64,000 nt of DNA, taken from contig BAAIJX010000017.1 in NCBI GenBank assembly GCA_054600435.1, positions 124,001 through 188,000 on the forward strand. The letters run 5' to 3'. Within the stretch, counting starts at the first letter, position 1. Each line of letters opens with the position of its first letter. This DNA is from Neophaeotheca triangularis (lineage: Eukaryota). Below the pieces are notes generated by a model that saw nothing but the letters and a program-made list of their open reading frames with translations, had not been told where the DNA came from and did not search any database. The position numbers were made by a program, and so were the translations under genes. This document shows, in pieces, positions 10,781 to 21,525 of this stretch.

Positions 10781-12643
10781 ATGGCTGCAGCTACGCCTGA
10801 AAGCATGCCTATGAGGCCCGGGAACCTCGTTGCGAAACAGCTCGAGGAGGCCGCTGAGACCATTCTGCCACGCCCTAATGTCGGTCACATCCAATATGGC
10901 ACAGCAGGCTTCCGCATGAACGCCGATCACCTCGACTTTGTGGTCTTCACCGTCGGCATGCTGGCCTCCCTCCGTTCGCGCAAGCTCAACGGTGCTACCA
11001 TTGGCGTCATGATCACCGCTTCGCACAACCCAGCCGAGGACAACGGCGTGAAGCTCGTCGACCCAATGGGCGACATGCTAGACGTTTCGTGGGAGCCTAT
11101 GGCTACGATGCTCACCACGTCCGGCAGCGCAGAGGACTTTGTGGACGGCTGGAAGAGGATCGTCAACGAGATGCGCGTGCCTGAGGATAACCCTGCCAAC
11201 GTCATATTCGCTCGCGACACCAGACCTTCCGGCTCGCGCCTTGTCAGAGCTCTTACGGCTGCTCTCGACGCTACCAAGACCAGCTACATCGACTACAAAA
11301 TCCTCACTACCCCTCAACTCCACTACCTCGTGCGTGCAACCAACACCCAGCATAGCCGCCATCCTTACGGTGAAGTCTCAGAGCAAGGCTACTATAAGAA
11401 GCTGGCGGATGCGTTCAAGAGGGCCATGCCATACATGTCTATCGAGAAACCTGTCACTGTCGACTGTGCCAACGGTGTGGGCGCACCCAAGCTGAAGGAG
11501 CTGCTCAAACACCTCCCTCAAGAGAAGGGTGAGGACGGATTTATACAGCTCAAGGTCGCCAATGATGCGATCGAGAAGCCAGAGATGCTCAACGCAAACT
11601 GCGGTGCCGACTTCGTCAAGACCAACCAACGTCTTTCACCAAGCATTTCCCCAAAGAACCTCGAACGCTGCTGCTCGCTCGATGGTGACGCGGATCGTAT
11701 TGTCTACTACTTCAACGATGAGGGCTCCAACTTCCGCCTTCTCGACGGCGATCGCATTGCGACTCTCGCAGCCTCCTTCATCGGTGAGCTCGTTCAGAAG
11801 TCTGGCCTTGGCGACAAGCTCAAGCTAGCAGTCGTTCAAACCGCCTACGCCAACGGCAACAGCACGACATACATCACAGACGTGCTCAAGCTCAAAGTCG
11901 AAACCACCGCTACCGGTGTCAAGAACCTACATCACGTTGCAGCCCGCTACGACATCGGTGTTTACTTCGAAGCCAACGGCCACGGCACGATCCTCTTCTC
12001 CGATACGGCGCTCAAGCGCATTCGTAACATGGAGCCCGAATCACCCGCTCAGCTCGAGAATCTCTCCGTCCTGCGCGCTCTCACAGATCTCATCAACCAG
12101 ACTGTCGGAGACGCTCTTTCAGACATGCTTCTTGTGGAAGTCATCCTGGCCCACAAGCAATACTCTGTCCTGAATTGGTTGGGCACCTACACCGACCTCC
12201 CCAACAAGATTACCAAACTCGCCGTCCCCGACCGTAACCTATTCCGCGTTGTCCCAGGCAGCGCCGAGCGCCAGCTTCAGTCCCCTGTCGGTCTGCAAGA
12301 TGAAATCGATCACATCGTCCGCCGCTACAAAGCCGGCCGCTGCTTCGTGCGCGCTTCGGGAACCGAAAACGTCGTCCGCGTCTACGGCGAAGCGGCCGCC
12401 ATCTACGACTGCGAACACATGATCGCCGAGGTCGAAGCGGCGGTCCGCGCTGCAGCTTCCTCACCACCACCGTCGGCTACCTCCCCAGAGCTCTCCGCGA
12501 CCTCTCCACCTCCCACCAACCCTACTAACATCCCTGTCGCTTCAGCCCAGGGCTCCGGCCCAACATCAACTACGTCCCCTGCTACTGCCGCTACGAGTAG
12601 CCAGGCTACGACGACGGCCACCCCGAACCCCCCTTCCACGTAG
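10781..12643 (+). CDS. PCM1: Phosphoacetylglucosamine mutase
   Basis: YGTAGFR, catalytic TASHNP, DGDADR metal loop, YFEANGHG and FVRASGTE motifs. Carries an unusual Ser/Thr/Pro-rich tail. Confidence 0.95.
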   Translation: MAAATPESMPMRPGNLVAKQLEEAAETILPRPNVGHIQYGTAGFRMNADHLDFVVFTVGMLASLRSRKLNGATIGVMITASHNPAEDNGVKLVDPMGDMLDVSWEPMATMLTTSGSAEDFVDGWKRIVNEMRVPEDNPANVIFARDTRPSGSRLVRALTAALDATKTSYIDYKILTTPQLHYLVRATNTQHSRHPYGEVSEQGYYKKLADAFKRAMPYMSIEKPVTVDCANGVGAPKLKELLKHLPQEKGEDGFIQLKVANDAIEKPEMLNANCGADFVKTNQRLSPSISPKNLERCCSLDGDADRIVYYFNDEGSNFRLLDGDRIATLAASFIGELVQKSGLGDKLKLAVVQTAYANGNSTTYITDVLKLKVETTATGVKNLHHVAARYDIGVYFEANGHGTILFSDTALKRIRNMEPESPAQLENLSVLRALTDLINQTVGDALSDMLLVEVILAHKQYSVLNWLGTYTDLPNKITKLAVPDRNLFRVVPGSAERQLQSPVGLQDEIDHIVRRYKAGRCFVRASGTENVVRVYGEAAAIYDCEHMIAEVEAAVRAAASSPPPSATSPELSATSPPPTNPTNIPVASAQGSGPTSTTSPATAATSSQATTTATPNPPST

Positions 12644-13635
12644 CGCGTGAGAGACGGTCCTTGGGGTGCGCCGAGCTACGACCGAATGGCGGTCTTCAGC
12701 TACCACTACCGCGGTAACTGGTGGGCCATCCAAGGCAACGACATGAGCAAGTGGCGGTACCAGTTTGATCCGCATTTCGGCGTTGGTACTGAGAACGAGT
12801 GAAGGAACTGAACAGCCATGAGCGATACATGAAATACTGACGGCGTTTTCCTTTTACGAGGCAGTTCAAGGGTCCATGCGGCATTTTTAGGGGAGGGCAT
12901 GAGAGGAGGAGGGAAACGGCTCACGCTATTTCCTCTTCTCTCTAGCTCCCTCCCCTAGGTAAAAGATCCAACTACGAGAATACGAATTCGGGTGGAACAT
13001 GGGGGCGTTTCTCTCCCTCAAACGGAGATGCCATTGCGTGGCTCGCCACTTAGGACAAAAGTCTTTCCGGTTACGTTTCATTTTGCATGCACAATTGGCC
13101 TACGAACCCCCTTTTGATTGCGCTTGCATTTGCGGCGAGAATATACGGTGGAATCTGAGGGTGGATTGCATAGCAGCTGCTTGTATAGCGAGGAGGATAA
13201 GCAGCACTGTGGAGCATTGTTTGCGGATGAGTGATAGCGTTAGGTAGCCCTGCTTGTAACGTTCCGAACCCACTGCGAGAGCTCTACGGCACTTCATGGG
13301 GCAGAATGGAATATCGTTCCGTGACAGAGGAAGTGAATTATAGTTGACGTGCAAAGTCAGGTCTTGAGTTCACCAGCGTACTCTCGAATCCATCACTGTG
13401 AACAATCCACGTCGACTTTTAAAGATGAGCAAGTGAAACAAGAGGCTTCACCCTCAGGCACCAACCAGTAACCCCGAGTTTCAGCCGAAGCGCAAAAAAC
13501 GCGCTAACCGCAAAGCGCGTCCCGCAAGGTGCGACCTTCCCTTCCTGCCGTCCACTCCAACCAACCCACCCTCAAGCTGGTCCCCCCATACACTTTTCCA
13601 CAACACTTTTCACACACTACGAAAACCTCAGTGCA

Positions 13636-15336
13636 ATGCCTTTCAAAAAGGGTCACAAAGGTTTCCCGCGCGGAAGCCGCAAACGCGATTCCGAAGGGCT
13701 CACTAGTACGGCGTCCGCGCAGAACACGCCCGCGAAACGGCAGAGGGTTGATGATGGCGGCGGGGAACAGGATGATGATGGCGATGGATCGGGAGTTGGG
13801 GATGAGAGAATGGTGCTGGATGGGGTTGGGGATGGGCAAGAGGAGGATGGCGGTGATGGCGACGTGACGCGAGTCATGGGTGAGGGTGAAGGGGATGGGG
13901 AGGAGGATGAGGATGTGGGAACGCCTGTGGCGCAAGAGGAGGATGACGAGGATGATGAGTCTGTGCCGGAGATTCAGCAGATTCCGACTAGACGGAGGGG
14001 AAGGGGGAGGGGGGGTGCGAGGGGTGGAGGCAGGAAGCCGAAGGATTGGGGGAGCCCGGTTGATGGGGAGGATGGGAGTGAGCATGGGACGCCGAGGAGG
14101 AGGGGGAGGGGAAGGGGTAGAGGGAGTCGTGGTGGTTTCAGGGGGAGGAGGCGTGGGGTTGCTCCTGAGGGGCCGAAGATGCAGGCGGTCGAGGGCATCG
14201 AGTACCCTGTTGTAAACGATGAGGTGCAGATTGATTTTGACGAGGAGGGGGAGACGAAAGTGGACGAGCTGGGTCGATTGAAGGGGGACCGCGAGTATAG
14301 GGTGCGGACTTTTACCATCATCAGCCATCCGGATCGCTTGTACATGCTGTCGACCGAGCCGGCGCGCTGCACTGGTTTTAGGGACAGCTACCTCTTCTTT
14401 GCCAAGCATCCGAAGCTTTTCAAAGTGCTGCTCGGGGACGCGGAGAAGAAGGACCTGATCGACCGCGATATTTTGCCGAACAGCTACAAGGGCCGCAATA
14501 TCGGTGTGGTCTCTGCGAAAAGCGTGTTCCGGGAATTCGGCAGCCGCATCATCGTCGCCGGCAAAAAAGTCACCGACGACTACAAAGTCACCGAAGCCCG
14601 CGCCAACGGCGAAGTCGAAGGCGAACTCGCGGACCCCGACGATAGTACGCAGGGACCTGGCGAGGGAGGCTACAACCGTAACCGCTACGTGGCGTGGTTC
14701 GGCGCGAGTGACGTCTACCGCAACACAGGCGCGGGCGCGGGCGCGGCGGCTGGCAAGCCTGGTCAAATGGGAGGCCGCAGACGCAACAACATCACTCTGG
14801 AGAACTGGCAAACGGTGCATGCGCGCGAAGCCTGCCGATTCAACTCGACGCTCGCAGCATTGAGACAAACAACCCACGACGGAGTCTACGACACCCACAC
14901 TAACCGCCTCTTTTACCCGAGCATCATGCAGCCCACACACGCCAAGTGGGAACAAATCCCCCCCTCAAATACCGAAGAACAACGAGCCCTACCCAATGGA
15001 AACCGCACCGACACCGCAACCGCGCCCCCAGCCTTCGCCCCCATCCCCGCTGCCATCTCCCGCAATTTCGCCATCCTAGACACCCACTTCACGGCCCCTC
15101 CCATCTCGAACCCAGGCTACCCCGGCCCGGACGGCGCCCACACAGACCCCACAGCCGGGACTCCCGGGCTCTCAACCATTTCGCCCGAAGTGGTCGAAGA
15201 GCTACCCGAGGAGTGCCGCAAAGCTTTTGCCGAAGCGAAAGCGCTGGAAGAAGGCTGGAAGAAGGGGTGGGCCGCCGAGGCCAAGAGCGCGCTGCGGGGC
15301 GATTTGCGGGTCGGGCTGGTTGGGTATCCTCTTTAG
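13636..15336 (+). CDS. NPL6: RSC chromatin-remodelling subunit Rsc7/Npl6 (Swp82 family)
   Basis: GETKVD..G.L...REYRVRTF and YMLSTEPARCTGFRDSYLFF motifs; acidic and RG-rich N-terminus. Confidence 0.85.
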   Translation: MPFKKGHKGFPRGSRKRDSEGLTSTASAQNTPAKRQRVDDGGGEQDDDGDGSGVGDERMVLDGVGDGQEEDGGDGDVTRVMGEGEGDGEEDEDVGTPVAQEEDDEDDESVPEIQQIPTRRRGRGRGGARGGGRKPKDWGSPVDGEDGSEHGTPRRRGRGRGRGSRGGFRGRRRGVAPEGPKMQAVEGIEYPVVNDEVQIDFDEEGETKVDELGRLKGDREYRVRTFTIISHPDRLYMLSTEPARCTGFRDSYLFFAKHPKLFKVLLGDAEKKDLIDRDILPNSYKGRNIGVVSAKSVFREFGSRIIVAGKKVTDDYKVTEARANGEVEGELADPDDSTQGPGEGGYNRNRYVAWFGASDVYRNTGAGAGAAAGKPGQMGGRRRNNITLENWQTVHAREACRFNSTLAALRQTTHDGVYDTHTNRLFYPSIMQPTHAKWEQIPPSNTEEQRALPNGNRTDTATAPPAFAPIPAAISRNFAILDTHFTAPPISNPGYPGPDGAHTDPTAGTPGLSTISPEVVEELPEECRKAFAEAKALEEGWKKGWAAEAKSALRGDLRVGLVGYPL

Positions 15337-16616
15337 TGTTGTTAGGGCGTTGGGGGAGTAATGGGTTGGTGTTGGGTTGGGTTTCTGTTGTTGTCGTCTG
15401 GGTTTTTCGGCCTGGGTGGGTGGGGTTGGGTGGGGGTGGGAGGTTTGTGAAGGGTGGTTTTGTTGGAAGGGGGTTTGAGCATAGTAGTTTGTGAGTTGTG
15501 AGATGGAGTAAAGGTGGACGGGAGGGATATGGCGGGCTTTGATAGGGGGAAGGGACTAGAAAGCGGCCGTATGCAGTTATGTCCTTGCTTTCTGGCCCGG
15601 AGGTAGCTTGATGGATTTCTGGTTTTGCTTTTCATACCTGCTTTTCTTGCCTTGTGCTTCTTGCCCGAATCAAGCACCGCACCGCACCTACTCTTCCGAA
15701 ACACGGCAAAGTACGGGGATCTTTCGCGGCATAGTCGCTGTTGCTGTCTACGTACAACCGTTTACGTGTGGGACGGGACTCAAAAGGGAGCGAGGGAGAG
15801 CGTGGATATGCTAGAATCAGCAGTTTGAAGATTGCAGGCTCGTCGCCTCCCCCAACCCTTTGAGGGCCAAGCTACTAGCTCTCGCAGGATACACAAAAGG
15901 GGTCTCAAGGGTATTCGCTGTCCCCGGCAGCTCATTGGACTGGGTCCTCCCCTCCCCCCCACGCCTTTCGTCTTTCGCGTTTTTGCAACGGAGTTGTCTT
16001 CTATTTAGTTAAGACCGCACGCCCGTTTTCCTTTCTCCAAAACAACTCATGACCAACGCCGGGACTCTTCCACTTCTGCCCTAGCCATCCTCCTCTGAAC
16101 TTCCGCAGTTTGTCGACTCAATCCCTGCAGTTTGCCGGCTTGTTCACCAATCCCTGATGAGGCTGACGGTCACCGTGGTGCCGGTTCCTGGGCTGAGGAA
16201 TGGCTCTCGGTGGAGCCGAGTTGAATCTGAACGGACCCGTGACTCGGCAGTGCGTCGCGTAGTGTGGTTGTGGCTTACGCTGAAGGCTCGAGGGGAGGGA
16301 GGCCGTTTTTGGGGTTCTACGCCCGGAGTGGTGGGGCAGACTAGGAGTGGTGTTGGCTCTGATCGGCTTGCAGGCGCTATCGGTACATGTCGAGAGAGGG
16401 CGCTTGAAAGCCAGCTTGCCGGCCAGGCTGTCGTCCGTTTTTCTTCGATCAACCACTGGATCAGGTCGCCGCCAATGCTCTCTCTCCCTGGCAGTTCAAA
16501 CGAGGTCCAGAGCAAAGCAAAGGAAAGCATCGGCCACAGCGTCCCAAAACCCCACGGACGTGAGCGCGACCTTAACCTCTAGCACCACCATAACTAAAAG
16601 CTCGAAGCATCCCTGT

Positions 16617-16904
16617 TTACTTCGCCACGACCTCGTTCGCTCCCTCCTTCTTCCCCTCCACAAGCTCCACCTCCCCCTTCCCAATCAGCCCGCCCAGTGC
16701 CTCCTTAACCTGTCCGGCTTTCTGCGCACTCTGCGCCGGGGTCTCCGCTTTCCCCTCGACAGGCTGCAGTGGGGAAGCAGGTCTGCTGCTGGCCGGGTTG
16801 GGAGAGGCATCGCGGCTGGCGTTGCGGCTGTTGCGTTGGGAGCGGTGGTAGCGGGGTAGATTGAGGAGGCCCTCGCGGTGGATGCGGAGGTAGGCGGTTT
16901 CCAT
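16617..16904 (-). CDS. Small hypothetical protein (95 aa)
   Basis: ATG in strong context (gcaaaATGG) after an A-rich leader; protein-like composition; no recognised domain. Confidence 0.55.
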   Translation of the reverse strand: METAYLRIHREGLLNLPRYHRSQRNSRNASRDASPNPASSRPASPLQPVEGKAETPAQSAQKAGQVKEALGGLIGKGEVELVEGKKEGANEVVAK

Positions 16905-17229
16905 TTTGCTTTTTGTTTTTGTTTTGGTAGCTGGCTAGCTGAGGTTCGGTGGCAGTAGTGGTGGGATTTCCGGTGAACGGGTCTTGCGTGCGAGTGGGCT
17001 TTTTCTTTTTCGTGTTTGGTACTGGGGTTTTAGTTGGTTGGTTTGAATCGGCCTTGCGCTTTGTTGATGATGTTACGATCTTTTGCTGATGATCCGGAGT
17101 GGCGGGGCGAGATACAATAGTGGTAAGTAGCGAGGTGGTTGAGGGTAGGTAAGGTAGGTAGGTAGGTGTACGAAGGGTCGGTCGAGTAACAGCGAGACGA
17201 GGAGTTCAGGCAGAGATGGCCTTATTATG

Positions 17230-17253
17230 TACCTACCTACCTACCTACCTACC
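17230..17253 (+). repeat. (TACC)6 microsatellite
   Basis: Read directly; a complementary (GGTA)n tract lies at 17153-17167. Confidence 0.9.
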
Positions 17254-17911
17254 TCATGTCCAAGCCCTCTTTCCTGTACCTCCTATTGTACGAGGCGGGA
17301 CATGTCCAATCTAGACTGCAGCACAGCCTGCGGCAAGCCAAGCCAAGTTGAAATGGAGGTCGGGCGGGAATGTACAAGCTCAGGGCGGTTGTGGCAGTGC
17401 AAAAAGCCAGTTTTGCAACGAGAATGATGAATGAGATAAATAACGTAGTAATGTAGTATACCTAACGCATTCAGATCATAACATGAGACTGCTGTATAAC
17501 TAGGTATGACAATATAAAAATGGCAAAAGTCCCGTCTCGTCTTGTACAAGAGGAAGAAGGGAAAGGATACATTAGCTTACCTTAAGTGCCTTGCCTTGGC
17601 TTACCTTACCTTTTACCTTACGATACCTCAGACCGCGTCTGACTTGGCGAAAGCGAAATCTTGTCCTTCTTGACATCCAGATCGCGGAGCTTGATCCCCG
17701 CCCCCTGGCATCAACCTACAGGACCTAGCTGGCTTCGTGCAACTGAGGCATTTACATTTCACGCCCGCAGTGGCTCACCATGACAACCTAAGCACTGAAC
17801 CAGACCGCAGCACAACCCGCCCTCCCCAAGCCAAGTCAAGCCAAGCAGCGCGCGAAAGGGCAAACTTTCTTCATCATCAACAACAAAAGGCATGGTAGAC
17901 GACGGACTACC

Positions 17912-17935
17912 GACTGACTGACTGACTGACTGACT
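17912..17935 (+). repeat. (GACT)6 microsatellite
   Basis: Read directly. Confidence 0.9.
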
Positions 17936-18431
17936 GATAGATAAACTGTGCATGCATTGCCAAGAAAGAAAAATACCACCCGACGCTGTCACTGCACCCG
18001 CGCCCGCGATAAGCCAGCCGCCATGATTGTCCAAAAGAAGAAGGAAAAAAGACGCAACGGTCCACACCACCGTGCAAAGAACCGCCGGGTTGAAGCAGTA
18101 CTGGCCACCGCTTCCGCAAAGACATGCATAAAGCGCCGAAAAACCCCCTTCCCTCTTTGCTGGCGCTTTTAGTCGCCCGTCCGTCCGTTCCCATTAAGTG
18201 CCCTTCGAAGCATGCGCCCACTTCTGCAATCTTCTCCTGCCCTGCTCGGCTGGGTTGAGGTATACCGCCCGCGCTGCTCGCGAGCCGATAGTTCCCTTGT
18301 TCGTTGTGTACGCTTTTCTCCCTCCCATCTACGGCCACTGGCACGATCCATAGGTCGTTACGGGAAAGCCCACGTCAACGCCGTCCCAATGCTATCGTCG
18401 TCGTCGTCGTCTCAAAAGCAGCTGCTTGTTT

Positions 18432-21400
18432 CTAGATGTCGTCGAGCTGGCCGTGGTTGAAGTCTGCATCTGTGCGCTCGACGCCGCTCATGCGGTCGCC
18501 GTTTCGGCTACCGTAACTCTTGGACAGATTGCCGTCTTGGCTTGTAATGCTGGATTGGCGGTCGGCGTACTGTTGCTCGAGAGTGCTTTCGTCGACAAAG
18601 GTGAAGCCCTTGAACTGGTTCTGCATGGTGGGACTAAGTGGTGTGTTATCTGTGCCTACGCCGCTCGCCAGTGCAGCGGCGCGGGCGTTGAGGGAAGACG
18701 CGTTGCCGCTTTCGAGCGCGTTGGTGAACTCTGGGTCGAAGTTGCTAGTATCGAGCTCCCCCTTAAGTTTGGGCTTGAAGGGAGGTGTGATGGACTTGGA
18801 AGCGAGCTTGGTCCAGTTGACGTCGGCGAAGAAAGGGTGTTCCATCAGCTCCTGAGCGTCACCTTTGGCGCCGAGGCGGTGGGCGGGGTTGCGGTTGAGA
18901 AGGCCCTTGACAAAGTTGCGACCTTCTGTTGATAGGGCATCGCGTGGGAAACGCACTTTACCGAAAGCAATGTTCTTGTACATTTGCTGGGTATCCTCGG
19001 CGTAGAATGGCGACCAACCACAGCACATCTCGAAGACGAGGACGCCAAGGGACCAGAAGTCTACCATCTTGGTGTATCCTTGCTCATCAAGCAGCACTTC
19101 CGGCGCCAGGTATTCAGTCGTACCGCAAAAGGTGTTGGTGGTGTCATTCTTGGACAGATTGGCCTTTGAAAGACCAAAGTCACAGAGCGCAACGTGGCCA
19201 TTGGCGTCCAAGAGGATATTCTCCGGCTTGAGATCTCGGTAGACGATGTCGTGTTCGTGCAAATGTCGCAGAGACAAAATGAGCTCGGCAATGTAGAACT
19301 TGGCTCGTTCCTCGTTGAACCGCCCTTCTTTCTGCAGATGCCAGAAAAGTTCTCCGCCCGACATGTAGTCTGTCACGAGGTACAAATCCGCAGCCGTCTG
19401 GAAAGAGAACTTCAAGCCAACGATAAACGGAGACTCGGTTGTGGCGGTCCGGACGAGGATGTTACGCTCGCCAATGGTGTGTTGTATCTCCTTCTTTTGC
19501 ACAATGACCTTCTTCGACAGCACCTTCATAGCATACACCCGCTTATTGTCCTTCTTGCGAACTTGAAAGACTTGACCGAATGTACCCTTCCCAATGAGCT
19601 TCAGAATCTCAAAGTCGTCCGGTCCAAACTGTCTCCTGCCGCTATTGTGAAATGCGATGCGAAGGCGAATCTCTCCAGTGACAAGACTCTTCTCGCCTTC
19701 TCTCGGTTCGAGCTTATACCAATCCTCGTGCTGATGCTCAAACTCCTCCATCCTGGGTTGCAGCCTTACGTGGCCGAGGAAGGCTTCGTTGTTTGACCGA
19801 TCGTAAACGGAGATGTCCACCTCATTCTGTACACCCACCACATCGAAGACAGCCTTGTGACTCCACTTCGGCTCTGTTGTCTCGTGGTGCTCGGGCGCCT
19901 TGGAACCTCTTCTCATCTCAGCAATGTTCGTCTGGCTGGTCTGCCTGCGTCCCATGCCCGGTATCGGTACTGGTGCGCCAGATCCACTGCCCATCCTCTT
20001 CATGGCAATCCCCCTCGAAAGGTCCTCTGACGGTTCGCTGCTGTCAACGGCCGAAGTGTCCATGTCATCCTCTTTTGGTCCTTCCGATATGTCTTCGTTG
20101 AGTTGGAATATGCAGACGACGTAAGGCTGGTAACTCGGTCTTAAGCCTCTTGCTTCCTCGACGTTGATCTCTAGCTGGCCCTTTATCTGTCCAATTGTCC
20201 CTGGGTTCGAATTGCCTGAGCTCGATCGGCTCGACTTGACAGGATCTCGAGAGGCATCTCGTTTCCTGCTCTCTTGCGAAGCAGACCGCGGTGTCTGGGG
20301 GGGAGTAGTCTGAGTGCGCGCAGCGCTAGGTGTTAGCTCTGCCCTTTTTTGACTTTGTATATCAGATGCAGAAGCGTGAGCGACAGAAGATTTCGCAGAA
20401 ACATCTGAAGATGCTGCAGGGTTCGACAGATGAGCCGAAACGTCACGCTTAGTGACTACGTTTGAAAGCGTATTGGACAGCGTGTGCCGGCGAAGGTGAG
20501 GAGGTGCAGCAACGCTTCTTCTCGTGGTCAACGAGCGTTGACGTGAGGGAAGAGCATCGCACGCACGGTCTACGCCGACCTCAGCGTTGAGGCCCAGCAT
20601 GCTTGAGGAGGTAGAGAGAGGCGGTGTAGGGTAGTGGGAGGATGCATGAGTTTGCGGTTGCTCGTGTGAAAGCAAAGGGGGTGACTCGTAGGTGTCGCTG
20701 GGTGTTCGAGAAGCAGACATGGAAGAGCGAGTCGGTTTCTCTTCTGTGGAGTGGGTGGGTTCTGGCGCAGGTGCAGGTGGGGCTTGGGAAGATCGGGAGG
20801 TAGGAAAGCGCAGGGACTGCTTTACCTGAGCAAAGTAAGAGTTCAAGGCAGGAAGACGTTTGTCGGTCGGGTCAGGACGCGGCGTCGGCGCTGCTCCGTG
20901 AGGTGGTGTGTTTTGGCCAGATGCTATCCCCTCACTGTCGAGGTCGCCATCGTGGATTTTGCTGCTTTGCGGGCCATTGTTAGCGAAAACCATGCTTGCG
21001 AAGGTCGATGATTGCGGTGCAGCGATGAATTATGAAGGAAGTGAAGAGCAGGAGCCAGAAGATTATCCAGCGTCGTGAATTCGCATGTGAACGAGACACT
21101 TATTATTGATTGCGAGAAGATTTCGTCAAGCAACAAGTGGGCTAGCCCTTTGGAAGACAGCGAGATGTCGGCCCTTTGCCCGCCTTTGCCCCACGCCCAC
21201 ACGATCAGGAAACTTTATATCGGGTCGGCAACTTAAGGGACCAGCGATAATGCCGACCGGAGACACTCTCACAAAGGCGTGCTCTTGATGATGCAGTCGG
21301 CGCAGGAAATTGCAGGCTTGCCTCACTTGAGATGCTGAGATCTTCTCAAATGTGGCGGGTGCTGCAGCCCTTTTTTCTTTCTTCTCTTGTGGCGGTGCTG

Positions 21401-21525
21401 CGGTCGAGCCGCATGAATTGCTGAGTAATGGGAAATGAAACGTTCGAGACTTACGGATGGTTCATTCCAGATGTCATAGCCTGTCTGAGCAGATCCGCCG
21501 CACCGGTTTGGTTCATCTGGGCCAT
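18432..21525 (-). CDS. sch9: AGC-family Ser/Thr kinase Sch9/SchA with C2 domain. Upstream exon 21525-21455 splices into the main ORF; alternative ATG at 20993
   Basis: GKGTFG, AMKVL, YRDLKPEN, DFG, TFCGTTEYLAPE and the hydrophobic motif FKGFTF; C2 domain upstream. Donor GTAAGT at 21454, branch GCTAAC at 20984-20979 and acceptor at 20965/20962 keep the frame. Confidence 0.93.

Noticed and set aside
13504..14955. 483-aa ORF antisense to NPL6
   Set aside because: Shadow of a low-complexity, purine-rich coding strand; no recognisable domain.
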